DNA of 64,000 nucleotides from an uncultured delta proteobacterium (GCA_963850305.1 CAWKKR010000008.1:1824001-1888000), one strand, 5' to 3'; shown: positions 1 through 10,342, counted from the first letter of the stretch. The notes: generated by a model not told the origin, from the letters alone. Numbers and translations are program-made.

Positions 1-384
1 TGCGAGGCTCTTCCGCTCGCCGAGAGACAGCTCCCGGCCCGCGCCATAGTCGGGCACGCGGAGTTCCTCGGGCTCCGGCGCATGAATGCTGGGAGGCGGA
101 GCGCGCCGGATGAGCCGCTCGAGGCCGAACAGATCGCGCGCCAGCGCTTCGGTCCGGAGACCGTCGAGCAAGGCCGCATTCTCCGAATCGACGAGGAGCA
201 TCGCGATCGAGAGCAGCGCTTCACGTGCGTCCGGGTCCGCCGCCGCGCTCTCCTCGGCGACGGCGTTCAGGACCTCCGCCGCCGTCGCGGTGCCGAGCCC
301 TTCGAGCTCGGCGTGCAACCATCCGAGGCGGAGCGGCGCGTCGGGCAAGGAGAGCAGGAGCCTCTTCAGCCGGTGCGCATCCAT
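1..384 (-). CDS. Hypothetical protein, partial (runs off the window edge)
   Basis: Manual translation from the ATG at 384 gives MDAHRLKRLLLSLPDAPLRLGWLHAELE...RVPDYGAGRELSLGERKSLA. Open to base 1, GC-rich third positions, divergent from 457. Confidence 0.7.
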   Translation of the reverse strand, partial: MDAHRLKRLLLSLPDAPLRLGWLHAELEGLGTATAAEVLNAVAEESAAADPDAREALLSIAMLLVDSENAALLDGLRTEALARDLFGLERLIRRAPPPSIHAPEPEELRVPDYGAGRELSLGERKSLA

Positions 385-456
385 GCTGTCTCCGAGACTA
401 CTCGCCCGGCCTCCGAATCGCACGGCTCTCGATGGCTCCTGCGCTAAGCTCGGCGC

Positions 457-3306
457 GTGCCCGCCGGGCCCCTCATCGAACGTATCGAGCGCGCCTGGCA
501 GTCCCATGCGCGCGGCGCCGCGGAGCAGGCGCTGTTCGCTCTGCTGCTTTCGGTCATCGTCGGGGGCGCGCACCTCGCGCGACTCGGAACCCCCTGGGCC
601 CGCGCGACCACGGGCGTGGTGATCGCGTCGATCCTGGCGTGGCAGATCGGGCTTCGGCTCCGTCGGCGGCGCGAAGCGAAGAGCGAGCGACTGACGGTAC
701 GCCGCGTCTTGCTGGCGACGGACCCGGCACTCGGTGATCGCGCTCTACGAGCGCTCGGCCTCCGTGATCGCACCGCGCGGGACGAGGCCGTCGGCTCGAA
801 GGAACTCGCCGAGCTGCACCTGTCGCGGATTCTCGAGAAGGTCTCTCCGGAGGCGGTCTCGGCCGCCGCGGGTCGCTACGGTCAGCGCTTTCGAAGTGTG
901 ACCGTCGTCCTGCTCTCGTGTGTGGCCGTCGGCGTCGTCATGGCGCCCTCCAGGGTCGTCGAGGGTCTCGACGTGCTCGCGGCCCGGCACGCGCGCGCGC
1001 CATTGCCCATGAACTGGCTCGCCTATGCGCGCGTCTCGGCGGTGCCGCCGAAGTACACGGGCGAGACGGAGCGCGCGCTCGTGTTCGACATGGACGTCGA
1101 GCTTCCGAGAGGGACCGTCGTCACCGCGCGCGGTGCGCCGCGCGAAGTCGGTCGCGCCCTGGTGCTGACGGACGGCATCGAAGAGGAGCCGTTCGCCGAC
1201 GACGGCGAAGGCGGGGTCGTCGCGCGCTACACGGTGCGCTCGGATGTTTCGCTCCGTGTCGCCGCCCGGTTCGGCGGCGTCCGGATCGACGACGAAGCGA
1301 GTCTCGGCATCCACGTCGTTCCCGATGCGCCGCCGTCCGTCGAACTTTCGTCCGCGCCACGCACGATCCGACTCGCCGACATGGGCCGCCTCGACGTTCG
1401 CTGGGTCGCCCGCGACGACCACGGGCTCCGGCAGGTCGACATGGTCTTGCGCTCGGGCGTGCGCGAAGAGCGGCGCACCCTCGGCCGGTTCGACGGATCG
1501 ACCCAGCTCGAGCAGGGCGGTCAGGTCGTGAGCCCGCGCGATCCATTTCTCAGACGCATGTTCCTTCCGATCTCGGTCATCGTGGAGGCCAGGGACAATG
1601 ACCCGTTCGACGGACCCAAGTGGGGCCACAGCGCGGCGATCACGATCGTTCCGCCGGACGTCGGACAGCCCGAGGCCGAGCGCTATGCGGCGCTCGCCGC
1701 CGTCCGTGACGACCTCGTCGATCTGTTGAAATGGCGCGACGCCCAGGTCGGAGTCACGGATGCGGATCGCATCCGTGACGGGCGAGAACGCGTCGCGGCG
1801 TTGAATGAACGCATCGAAGCGGCCCTCCAGAAAACGTACGCTGGAGCGACCTTCCCGCGCAAGCTGCGGGCGTTCGTCGAGGGCCAGCTCGACCTTCTGC
1901 GAAGGCAGGGTGGGGGAGTCACGGAAGAGGCCGTCGAGCGCGGCATGCTGGCAGTCGACGTCGTGCTCGGTGCGATCGGAGATCGCGATGCGGCGGACGT
2001 CGCGAAGCGCCTGGCGGATGTCGCCGAAGAGATCGCCGTCGCGGCGCATGCGGCGCGGGAGACGGAGCACTGGCAACCGGAGCTGCTCCGGGTCGACGCC
2101 GCGCTCGCGGCGCTGGGTCGCGGAGTCGACAGATTGTCGGTGCTCGCCGCGCTCGGCCACGATCTCGGCGGTGTCGCCGCGGCCGACACGGGCCGCATCC
2201 GTCGCTCGCGGACCGCGGACGATCTCACGCACACCGAGCTCGCGGCGCTCCATCTGGCCGCGCGCCTCCGCCGTCCGACACCCTCGTTCGGTGCGATGAC
2301 GGGAAGCAGCCACGGCGGCGGGGTGGAGTCCGGACGCGGCCGCGGCTCCGGAGGCGGCGATGCGTCGCCTTCGCCGTCCGACGGCGACGAGGAATTCGAC
2401 CGTGCGGCGAACGCGATCGAACAGCTCGCCGAGGAGCACCAGGACACCGTGCAGGGGGTGGAGAGCGCGCTCGACGACGCACGCCGCGTCGACTCCACGG
2501 ACGCCGAACGTGAGCAGGCGAAGCACCTCGCCGACGAGATTCGCGACGCGATCGACCCGCTGCCGCTCCCGGGGCAGGAGTTCGGTTCGCCGCGCGCCAC
2601 GGCAGCGCTCGCTCGGGAGCTCGCGAAGGCCGCGGCCCACGCGCTCGACGACATGGCCCTCCAGGAGGCGGCCGACAGCGCCGAGAACTCGCTGTCCACG
2701 CTCGACCAGGCGGAGCGACGTCTGGACGCAAACGACGACCTCCACGACCGCTTTGCCGAGGTACGTCGAGCGTTGCAGGACGCCCTCTCCTTCATCCACG
2801 GCGAACTCGACAAGCGAAAGGCAGAATCGGAGTCCAGGGCTCGCGCTCCGCTCGAGCAAGCGGGCGATACGGAGCGGGATCTGGCCGCGCGCGCCGCGAA
2901 GCTTGCAGGCGATCTGGGGGGCAAGGGCGCCGCGCTTCCACGGGAAACGTCGGACCAGATCGCGAAAGCGGGCAGCGTCATGCAAGACGCGGCCAGGGCT
3001 TTGAGTGAAGGGCGAGGTGACGACGCGCTCGCCCTGCAGCGCGAGGCGCAGCGGTTGCTGGAGCAGTCCCGCCTCGACCGCGCGACGGAACCCGACGAGG
3101 GGGATGAGCAGAGTGAAAAGCCGTCGCCCTCCGGCAAGACCAGCTCGAACGGTCGGGCGATAGCGACGGGTGGCGACGTTCCAGGCCCCGACGCGAAGGC
3201 GCGCGCCGAGGAGTTTCGGCGGCGCGTGCTCCAAGGTCTGGGGATGGCCAAGAGCGATCGGCTCTCGCCGGCCATCCGGCGGTACGCGGAGGGGCTCCTC
3301 CGATGA
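457..3306 (+). CDS. DUF4175-like membrane-anchored protein with a long helical C-terminus
   Basis: 949 aa. N-terminal TM segments, an Ig-like region with ARDDHGL and EARDND, Ala/Glu/Gln-rich helical repeats, and a C-terminal RRYAEGLLR. ATGA overlap with the next gene. Confidence 0.65.
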   Translation: MPAGPLIERIERAWQSHARGAAEQALFALLLSVIVGGAHLARLGTPWARATTGVVIASILAWQIGLRLRRRREAKSERLTVRRVLLATDPALGDRALRALGLRDRTARDEAVGSKELAELHLSRILEKVSPEAVSAAAGRYGQRFRSVTVVLLSCVAVGVVMAPSRVVEGLDVLAARHARAPLPMNWLAYARVSAVPPKYTGETERALVFDMDVELPRGTVVTARGAPREVGRALVLTDGIEEEPFADDGEGGVVARYTVRSDVSLRVAARFGGVRIDDEASLGIHVVPDAPPSVELSSAPRTIRLADMGRLDVRWVARDDHGLRQVDMVLRSGVREERRTLGRFDGSTQLEQGGQVVSPRDPFLRRMFLPISVIVEARDNDPFDGPKWGHSAAITIVPPDVGQPEAERYAALAAVRDDLVDLLKWRDAQVGVTDADRIRDGRERVAALNERIEAALQKTYAGATFPRKLRAFVEGQLDLLRRQGGGVTEEAVERGMLAVDVVLGAIGDRDAADVAKRLADVAEEIAVAAHAARETEHWQPELLRVDAALAALGRGVDRLSVLAALGHDLGGVAAADTGRIRRSRTADDLTHTELAALHLAARLRRPTPSFGAMTGSSHGGGVESGRGRGSGGGDASPSPSDGDEEFDRAANAIEQLAEEHQDTVQGVESALDDARRVDSTDAEREQAKHLADEIRDAIDPLPLPGQEFGSPRATAALARELAKAAAHALDDMALQEAADSAENSLSTLDQAERRLDANDDLHDRFAEVRRALQDALSFIHGELDKRKAESESRARAPLEQAGDTERDLAARAAKLAGDLGGKGAALPRETSDQIAKAGSVMQDAARALSEGRGDDALALQREAQRLLEQSRLDRATEPDEGDEQSEKPSPSGKTSSNGRAIATGGDVPGPDAKARAEEFRRRVLQGLGMAKSDRLSPAIRRYAEGLLR

Positions 3307-4874
3307 GGCGCGCTCGTTCGTTCGCCCTGGGTGCGGCCGTGATCGCGTCGTGCGTCCTCGCGCAAGCGCGGGTCGCGCCCGTCTCGGTGAGCGACATTGC
3401 GGACGCGATCACGGAGCTCGACGTCCAGCGGGCGCGGACGCTCCTCGCGGCGACTCACGCGGATTCGGCGCCCATCGCGCTGGAGCGCGCCCGGCTCGCG
3501 CTCTACGTGGGTGACTGCGACTCGGCGGCCGCGACGCTCGCGACGCTCGACGGAGTGAAGGAGGCAGGGCCGCTCGAGGAGCTCGCGAAGAACTGTGCCG
3601 GCGCGACGGCGGGGTCCATCGTGATCCAGGATCCGGCGAGGGGCCTCTGGATACGGCTCCAGGACTCGGCCGATAGCGCCCTCGTTCCGGAGCTCTCCGA
3701 TGTCGTGGTGCGTGCCCGAGCGGCGATAGAGCGCGACCTCGGGGTCGTGATGCCGCGTCCGTTGCGCATCGACGTCGTGCGCGATCTGTTTTCCCTGTCG
3801 GCGGTGACGGGGTTGCCGCTGAAGGCGGCCGAAACGACGGGCACCGTCGCCGTTGCGCGCTGGGGGCGCGTCAACATCATCTCACCGCGTGCCGGGACGT
3901 TCCCGTGGGAAGACACGCTCGCTCACGAGATCACCCATCTGGCGATCACGCGCGCGACGCGCGACGCGGCGCCACTCTGGCTGCAAGAGGGCCTGGCGAA
4001 GCGACAGGAGACCAGATGGCGGCCCCCTCGTCCGTTCGACGGCGAGCCCGCGCCGGACGCCATCGCGCGTGATGCCTTGCTCAGCGGACAGTCCGTCGGA
4101 GTCGACAAGCTCGGCCCGTCGATCGCGATGCTCCCGAGCGCCGACGCCGCGTCGATCGCATTCGCCGAGGTCTCGAGCTTCATGAAATATTGGATCGCGC
4201 AGAACGGGAAGCCGGCGCTGGAGCTCCTCTTCGCGGATCTCAAGGGGCTCGGGGGCCCCGAGTTCGCCGATGCCGCGATGCGTACCGTCTCCGGCTACGA
4301 CCTTTCCGGATGGATCCTCCGCTGGCAGGATCATCTTCGCAGGTTGCCCCCCGATCACGGCGCGACCGCCGACGCCCCCACGCCCGCCGACGACCTCCTC
4401 CGAAGTCTCCTCGCCGACAGCATGGCGGTGGACGCCAAGAGTCGCGCCCGGGCCGTGCGCACCGGCGAGCTACTATTTGCGCGCGGCGCGCCGGCTCTCG
4501 CGTCCGAGCAGTTTCGCGGCGCGCTCGTGGGGGAGCCCGATGACCCAGCCCTCCGGTTCCGTCTCGGCCGCAGCCTGATCGCGAGCGGGAAAAAGGAAGA
4601 CGCCGCGCCGCTCTTCCAGTCGCCGGACCATCTTTTTTCTGCGGACGCCGGGTGGTTTGCGCTCGAGGGTCGGTTCTTGCGCGACCGTGGCTCGCCACTG
4701 GCGGCCGCCGCCTCTGATTTCGCGATCGCGCTGGATCCTTATCTGGAGGATGCCGCCTGTTACGGACAATTCCGGATACCTGACGCGACGGGTCAAATGC
4801 GGCAAGCGCCGCTCCCGACTCGTCCCGAGCAGCGGGGTCTTTGCGAAGCCGCCAGAAAAATCCAAGAACACTGA
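3303..4874 (+). CDS. Secreted gluzincin (peptidase MA-like) metalloprotease with TPR-like repeats
   Basis: Signal peptide; HEITH zinc motif followed by PLWLQEGLA; TPR-like helices at both ends. Confidence 0.75.
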   Translation: MRRARSFALGAAVIASCVLAQARVAPVSVSDIADAITELDVQRARTLLAATHADSAPIALERARLALYVGDCDSAAATLATLDGVKEAGPLEELAKNCAGATAGSIVIQDPARGLWIRLQDSADSALVPELSDVVVRARAAIERDLGVVMPRPLRIDVVRDLFSLSAVTGLPLKAAETTGTVAVARWGRVNIISPRAGTFPWEDTLAHEITHLAITRATRDAAPLWLQEGLAKRQETRWRPPRPFDGEPAPDAIARDALLSGQSVGVDKLGPSIAMLPSADAASIAFAEVSSFMKYWIAQNGKPALELLFADLKGLGGPEFADAAMRTVSGYDLSGWILRWQDHLRRLPPDHGATADAPTPADDLLRSLLADSMAVDAKSRARAVRTGELLFARGAPALASEQFRGALVGEPDDPALRFRLGRSLIASGKKEDAAPLFQSPDHLFSADAGWFALEGRFLRDRGSPLAAAASDFAIALDPYLEDAACYGQFRIPDATGQMRQAPLPTRPEQRGLCEAARKIQEH

Positions 4875-4993
4875 CGCTCCCTTTCAGAAATCTGGCGGCC
4901 TAGTCCGCGTCCCCGTGAAATCTGGTTCGATCCCGGCCGGAACGGGCATTAGAGTCCGGTGCTTACGCCAGAAAGGGCAAGGTCATCGCAGGA

Positions 4994-5827
4994 GTGAGCG
5001 TCGCGACCTTCGCTGCAGCCCAGCTGCTCCGCTTGTTGCCCAGGGCGGGCCTCAGTCACGCGGTCGGACGGCTGTGCGAGGCGCCGTTGTCCCCCGCGGT
5101 ATCGCGAGCGGTCACGCAGGCGTACATCCGCGCTTACGGCGTGGACATGAGCGACGTCGCCGCGGATTCGGACGACTACCCGAGTTTCGACGCGTTCTTC
5201 ACTCGACCGCTGAGGAGCGGGTCCCGGACCATCGACGAATCCCGTGTCGTGTCGCCCGCCGATGGGAATCTGAGCGATTCTGGGGTGATCGAGCCGAACG
5301 CCCGTATCGTCGTGAAAGGAGCACCATACGACGTCGCGGAGCTCGTCGGAGATGCGGCGCAGGCTTGCGCGCTCGCCGGTGGCGCGTTCGCCGTCGTCTA
5401 TCTGTCGCCCCGTGACTATCATCGCGTCCACAGTCCCGTGGACGGGCTTCTCGGTTCGGCGCGCGGAATTCCGGGTGATCTCTACCCGGTCAACTCGATC
5501 GGTGAGCGCCACGTTCCCCGCCTGTTCGTCAAGAACCAGCGAGTCGCCGTCACGATCGACACGAAAGACGGCCTCGTCGTCGTGGTGTTCGTCGGGGCGA
5601 TGATCGTCGGCAAGATCACCGTAACCGCCATCGGCGGGTCCGAGACTCCACTCGGAGTTCATCGTATCGAGCCGGGGCTCCACGTACGGCGCGGAGACGA
5701 GATCGGCGCTTTCCATCTGGGTTCCACGGTGGTGCTTCTGGCCGGCGGACGAGCGCGTTTCTCGCGTCGCAGAGGCTCCATCAAGTACGGTGAGTCCCTG
5801 CTTTCTCCCTCGCGGGCAACAGAATGA
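4994..5827 (+). CDS. psd: Phosphatidylserine decarboxylase proenzyme
   Basis: FDAFFTRPLR, SPADG, YLSPRDYHRVHSP and the FHLGSTVVL self-cleavage motif. AGGA precedes the GTG start. Confidence 0.93.
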   Translation: MSVATFAAAQLLRLLPRAGLSHAVGRLCEAPLSPAVSRAVTQAYIRAYGVDMSDVAADSDDYPSFDAFFTRPLRSGSRTIDESRVVSPADGNLSDSGVIEPNARIVVKGAPYDVAELVGDAAQACALAGGAFAVVYLSPRDYHRVHSPVDGLLGSARGIPGDLYPVNSIGERHVPRLFVKNQRVAVTIDTKDGLVVVVFVGAMIVGKITVTAIGGSETPLGVHRIEPGLHVRRGDEIGAFHLGSTVVLLAGGRARFSRRRGSIKYGESLLSPSRATE

Positions 5828-7581
5828 GCGACGAGACCGACGACATCGATGTGGACGCCGAGGACGCGGCGGTCCCGATCCGCGGCGTCCCGTCCACCTC
5901 CGACGCGACGCTCCCGGCGGTTCTGATCGCCGAAGCGCCTCCGTTTGCCGTGCCGCCGGTTCGGAGCCGACCGCCGCCGAAGCCTGGAGCCCGCCCGGGC
6001 TTTCCAGGCGCCGCGCTCGCCGCGGCCGCGCCACCCGCGCGGGTGGTCCCGGAATCGCTCGATGCGGACGTTCCGGAGCTCGCGGACGTTGCGGAGGTCG
6101 AGCCGGAGCCGTCGCCGTCGATTCGGCCGATGCGGATGATCAAGCTTGGAGGCGACACGCCGAGGTCGGAGCCGCCACCGTCCGCCCTCGAACGACCGTC
6201 GTCACGGCCGCCTCCTCCGCGTCGGATTCGAGCCGGCTCTTCCCGTTCCATTCGTGCAGGCAGCCGTCGAGCCAAGGACGGAACCATCGCTCACGTTCGA
6301 TCCGCCGACGGAGCCGCGCGCCCCGGTCGAGCCGCCCACGGAGCCGTTGCTCGACTTCGACCCCCCGACGCCTCCACCTCTGGACGATGACGACGAGCGC
6401 GTCACGCCAGACACGTTTCCGAGCGCGACTCCTCCCGATCGACCGATCGCGCCTCCGCCTCGCAGCACGCCACCGCTGCCTCCGTCGGCCCGCGCCGCAC
6501 TCGCATCGTCCCCCGAGATCGAAGTCGACCGCGATGCCGACGAGCTCCCGACGTTCGGTTCGCTGGGCGAGCCGGACATGGACGTGACCATTTCCCGGGG
6601 ACGAGGAACCCATTTCGGTCCCCGAGGGGGGCGCGATCGCCATCGATATCGCTGCGGCGAGCGAGCGGGTCGCCGCTTCGCCGGGTGCGGATGGGTCGGT
6701 CAAGGACGCGGAAAAAGTGGCGCGGAAGCCACCGCCTCCTCCGAAGCGCGGGAAGCTGGACGGCGCACCGCCAGAGACCGCCGTCGCGCAGCCTCTCGAA
6801 GCTCCCAAATTCGAGCCGCCGAGCATGAGGCCGCGGGCGAAGCCGTGGTGGGAAGAGCTCTTCACCGAGGATTTCGCGCGCGGAATCCTGGCGCCGACCG
6901 ATGCACAAGTGAGGCGCGAGGTCGACTTCATCGAAGATTCGCTCGCCGTCGCCAAGGGGGGCGTCGTTCTCGATCTTGCATGCGGAACGGGTCAGCATGC
7001 CGTCGAACTGTCGGGCCGCGGTTACGGGGTCGTCGGATTCGATTCTGTCGCTGCTGCAGCTCGCGATGGCGGGCGAATACGCTCAGGACCGCGGTCAGAA
7101 AATCAATTTCCTCCAGGGCGACATGCGAGACATGTCGTTCGACGAAGTCTTCGATGGCATCTACTGCTGGAACACGAGCTTCGGATACTTCGAGGAAGAG
7201 CGAAACCATGCCGTCGCCGAACGCGTGTTCAAAGCGCTCCGTCCCGGCGGTAGTTTCCTGCTCGACGTCGTCAATCGCGACTTCGTCGTCGGGCATCAGC
7301 CGAGCCAGGTCTGGTACGAGGGCGATTCGTGCGTCTGTATGGACGACATGAGCGTGGATTTCATCACGAGCCGTCTTCGAGTGAAGCGTACGATGATGCT
7401 CGACGACGGCCGGACGCGCGAGTGCGCCGATTCCATCCGGATCTACTCGCTTCACGAGCTCGGCAAGCTGCTGCACGAGATCGGTTTCCGAGTCACGGAG
7501 GCGACCGGCCATCCTTCGTACCCAGGCGTGTTCTTCGGTGGCACGTCGCCGCGCGTGCTGATCCTGGCCCAGAAGCCCTGA
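5824..7581 (+). CDS. Class I SAM-dependent methyltransferase with a long Pro/acidic N-terminal extension; three apparent +1 frameshifts (~6227, ~6592, ~7044)
   Basis: Coding-like text passes through ORFs 5824, 6146, 6717 and 6976. Motifs VLDLACGTGQH, VVGFD|LS, GDMRDM, TSFGYF, ALRPGGSFLLD. Confidence 0.8.
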
Positions 7582-7614
7582 CGACGACGGCGCTCTCGCC
7601 CTCGTCGGGGCTGC

Positions 7615-8076
7615 TCATCTCGCGTGCCGTGGAGCAGCAGCGGGCGACGGTCGCACCGGGGTCGGGGCGGCCGGTCGCGGGTACGCGTGGTTCACGCTGA
7701 AATAGAAACACGCCGCGATCGCGACGAAGACGAGAATCGCGAAACCGAAGCCGGCGTCCACACGATGCATCGGAATCTTCACCGGTGCGTCGATGGCCCG
7801 GAAGAGTCGCTCGGGGCGCGCGACCTTGGAGAGCGGGTCGAACTCGGGTATCGCAGGGCTCGGATACGGGTATCGCGGCACGCGATACTCGGCCGCATAC
7901 CGTTCCGGTGCGGGCGGTTCGTCATTCCGTGCCGGCGCTGGTTCGATGGCATGCACACGAGGAAATGCGTCACCGCCGTACTGCCGTCGCTCGAGTGGAA
8001 TGGGCTCCTCGCGCTCGAGTCGGATCATGGGGTGCGGGCGCGCGGGCCCGGCGGGCGTGGGGTTGGAACGATGCAT
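7615..8076 (-). CDS. Hypothetical Pro-rich single-TM protein
   Basis: 153 aa with one hydrophobic segment, FGFAILVFVAIAACFYF. Fills the gap between flanking genes. Confidence 0.55.
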   Translation of the reverse strand: MHRSNPTPAGPARPHPMIRLEREEPIPLERRQYGGDAFPRVHAIEPAPARNDEPPAPERYAAEYRVPRYPYPSPAIPEFDPLSKVARPERLFRAIDAPVKIPMHRVDAGFGFAILVFVAIAACFYFSVNHAYPRPAAPTPVRPSPAAAPRHAR

Positions 8077-8214
8077 GACGACCGTCGGAGCAGGTCGCGT
8101 GCCAGCCGTTCACGCGCGCGTTTCGGCGAGGATCCGCGCACAACGCGCCTCGACGGTACGCTCGCTCGCCGCATTTCCGGCGAACCGGCTCATCCGCCGG
8201 GACGACGGCTCGAG

Positions 8215-8646
8215 CTATCCCTTTTCACGTCGCGACCCGGTCTCGTCGAGCTCGAGATCTGCGCCGAGACGTTCGAGAGTGCTCTCCACGAGCTTCCTGT
8301 CGGCGGCCTCGAGCGGTCTCTTGCCCGCGCGATGGAGCGCGTAGTGAAACGCAGCCGCCTCGAGCGCGGTCAGCGCGGTGGTGCGGCGCAGCGCCACGCC
8401 GCCGATCTGGTATCGCATCAAGAGTCTTCCGTCCTCGAGTACCTGCTCCCCCGTCACTTCGGCTCTCTCCGGGCCCTCCGCGATGAGTTGCCGGATGATG
8501 CCGCGCACTCTTCCCGCCCGTCGTCGCACTTTCTTCATCGCCGTGCTCTCGAATAGGGAGAAGTACCGGTTCCGAGGAAACATGCGCGGCGCGAGGATCA
8601 GCGCACACAGTAACGCTTCGGGATCCAGGTTCGGCTTCGCGCTCAC
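8215..8646 (-). CDS. Hypothetical protein translationally coupled to prfA
   Basis: GTG at 8646 overlaps the prfA stop (GTGA). Globular-looking 143 aa sequence. Confidence 0.7.
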   Translation of the reverse strand: MSAKPNLDPEALLCALILAPRMFPRNRYFSLFESTAMKKVRRRAGRVRGIIRQLIAEGPERAEVTGEQVLEDGRLLMRYQIGGVALRRTTALTALEAAAFHYALHRAGKRPLEAADRKLVESTLERLGADLELDETGSRREKG

Positions 8647-9719
8647 GTTGGCCCCGTGTCCTGCGCCTCGAGGCGTTTCGCCTCGTTCCACGCGACGAGC
8701 GCGTCCACGAGCTCGCCGATATCGCCCTCCATCACGCGATCGAGCTTGTAGAGCGTGAGTCCCACGCGGTGATCGGTGATCCGATTCTGCGGATAGTTGT
8801 AGGTGCGGATTTTTTCCGACCTTTCCCCGCTCTTCACCATGTCCCGTCGTTCGTCACGGATGGCGTCGGATTGCTCCCGCTGCGCGATATCCAGAAGACG
8901 GCTCCGCAAGATCTTGAGAGCGCGAGCGCGATTCTTGATCTGACTCCGCTCGTCCTGACACTTCACGATCATCCCCGTCGGGATGTGCGTGATCTGGACG
9001 GCGCTGTTCGTCGTGTTGACGCCCTGGCCGCCCGGACCCCCCGACGCGGCGATGTCGTAGCGGAGATCTTTCTCGTCGATCTGAACGTCCACCTCGTCCG
9101 CTTCTGGCAGGACGGCGACGGTCGCCGTCGAGGTGTGGATCCGTCCCTGCGCTTCCGTCGCTGGCACGCGCTGAACCCGGTGGACGCCACCCTCGTGCTT
9201 GAGGCGCGAGTACACGCGGGTTCCGGTGATGAGCGCGACGGCTTCCTTCATGCCCCCCGCGGCGGCGTCGCTTCGCGACAGTACCTCCACCTTCCATCCG
9301 ACCGCCTCGGCGTAGCGTGCGTACATCCGGAAAAGGTCCGCGGCGAACAGCGCCGCCTCTTCGCCGCCAGTGCCCGCGCGGATCTCGAGCAGCGTGTTCT
9401 TTTCGTCGTTGGGATCCGTCGGGAGGAGCAAGACGCGGATCCGCTGTTCGAGCGCCTCTCTCGATTTCCCCAGGTCCGCGAGTTCGTCGTGGGCGAGGGC
9501 GGCCATCTCGGGATCGGCGAGCATCGCCCTCGCGTCCACGGTCCGCCGTTCGACGGCCTGCCACTCGGCGAAGGCCTCGACGAGTGGCAATATCTGGCTC
9601 CGCTCCCGGCTCAAAGCCTGAATCCGCGCCGAGTCCGAGATCACTTTCGTCTCGCACATCAGCTCGTCTATTTCGCGCTGCCGGCGGACGACGATTTGGA
9701 GCTTGTCGACGGGGATCAT
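8643..9719 (-). CDS. prfA: Peptide chain release factor 1
   Basis: EIRAGTGGEEAALFA, GVHRVQRVPATE (PxT motif of RF1), GPGGQ, RSEKIRTYNYPQNR. Confidence 0.97.
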   Translation of the reverse strand: MIPVDKLQIVVRRQREIDELMCETKVISDSARIQALSRERSQILPLVEAFAEWQAVERRTVDARAMLADPEMAALAHDELADLGKSREALEQRIRVLLLPTDPNDEKNTLLEIRAGTGGEEAALFAADLFRMYARYAEAVGWKVEVLSRSDAAAGGMKEAVALITGTRVYSRLKHEGGVHRVQRVPATEAQGRIHTSTATVAVLPEADEVDVQIDEKDLRYDIAASGGPGGQGVNTTNSAVQITHIPTGMIVKCQDERSQIKNRARALKILRSRLLDIAQREQSDAIRDERRDMVKSGERSEKIRTYNYPQNRITDHRVGLTLYKLDRVMEGDIGELVDALVAWNEAKRLEAQDTGPT

Positions 9720-9804
9720 GGACGCCGGAGGCGCCGGCCGAGCTTACACCAGGGAAACGCCGGCCCGCGCGTGCCGCGATTACTAAGAAAGGGAGCCTTG
9801 CCAG

Positions 9805-10276
9805 CCTTGCCCGCGCGCCTCGCTGCGCGACCGCTCCCCCGCCGCGTTCGGCGGGCTTGTGCTTGCAGGGGGTCTTGACCCCCGCGGCTCGCTGCGCGAC
9901 CGCTCCCCCGCCGCGTTCGGCGGGCTTGTGCTTGCAAGGGGGTCTTGACCCCCGCGGCTCGCCTGCGCGACCGCTCCCCCGCCGCCTTCGGCGGGCTCGC
10001 TGCGCTCGCGTAGTTCCGCATCTCGTTGATGCTTCAGGGACGACGTGCTCGTCGATGCGGAACTTCTACGCAAGGGGATCTTGACCCCCCGCGGCTCGCT
10101 GCGCGACCGCTCCCCCGCCGCGTTGGCGGGCTTGTGCTTGCAAGGGGGTCTTGACCCCCCGCGGCTCGCTGCGCGACCGCTCCCCCGCCGCCTTCGGCGG
10201 GCTCGCTGCGCTCGCGTAGTTCCGCATCTCGTTGATGCTTCAGGGACGACGTGCTCGTCGATGCGGAACTTCTACG
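9805..10276. repeat. Composite palindromic (REP/BIME-like) array: five ~70 bp A units and two 62 bp B units
   Basis: A = GGGGGTCTTGACCCCC-GCGGCTCGCTGCGCGACCGC-TCCCCCGCCGCGTTCGGCGGG (first copy partial). B = CGTAGTTCCGCATC...GATGCGGAACTTCTACG at 10009-10070 and 10215-10276 (period 206). Confidence 0.9.
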
Positions 10277-10277
10277 A

Positions 10278-10342
10278 GCGAGTCCCGCAACGCATTGGCG
10301 TGTTCGCCAATGCGGGACTACCGCCGGGCGTTGCGGGCTCGC
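10278..10342 (-). terminator. Strong nested stem-loop just 3' of rpmE (terminator or mRNA-processing structure)
   Basis: Inner stem CGCATTGGCG-TGTT-CGCCAATGCG. Outer stem GCGAGTCCCGCAACGC / GCGTTGCGGG-CTCGC. No U-tract. Confidence 0.45.

Noticed and set aside
745..3234. Long antisense and alternate-frame ORFs (also 14176-15795, 30947-32353, 44215-45894, 48192-49562, 54088-55659, and the N-terminal part of 46323-48107)
   Set aside because: They are shadow frames of motif-bearing genes in high-GC DNA and carry no motifs of their own.
9805..10276. CRISPR array
   Set aside because: The intervening segments are themselves repeated, so there are no unique spacers. Units are about 70 bp and no cas genes are present.
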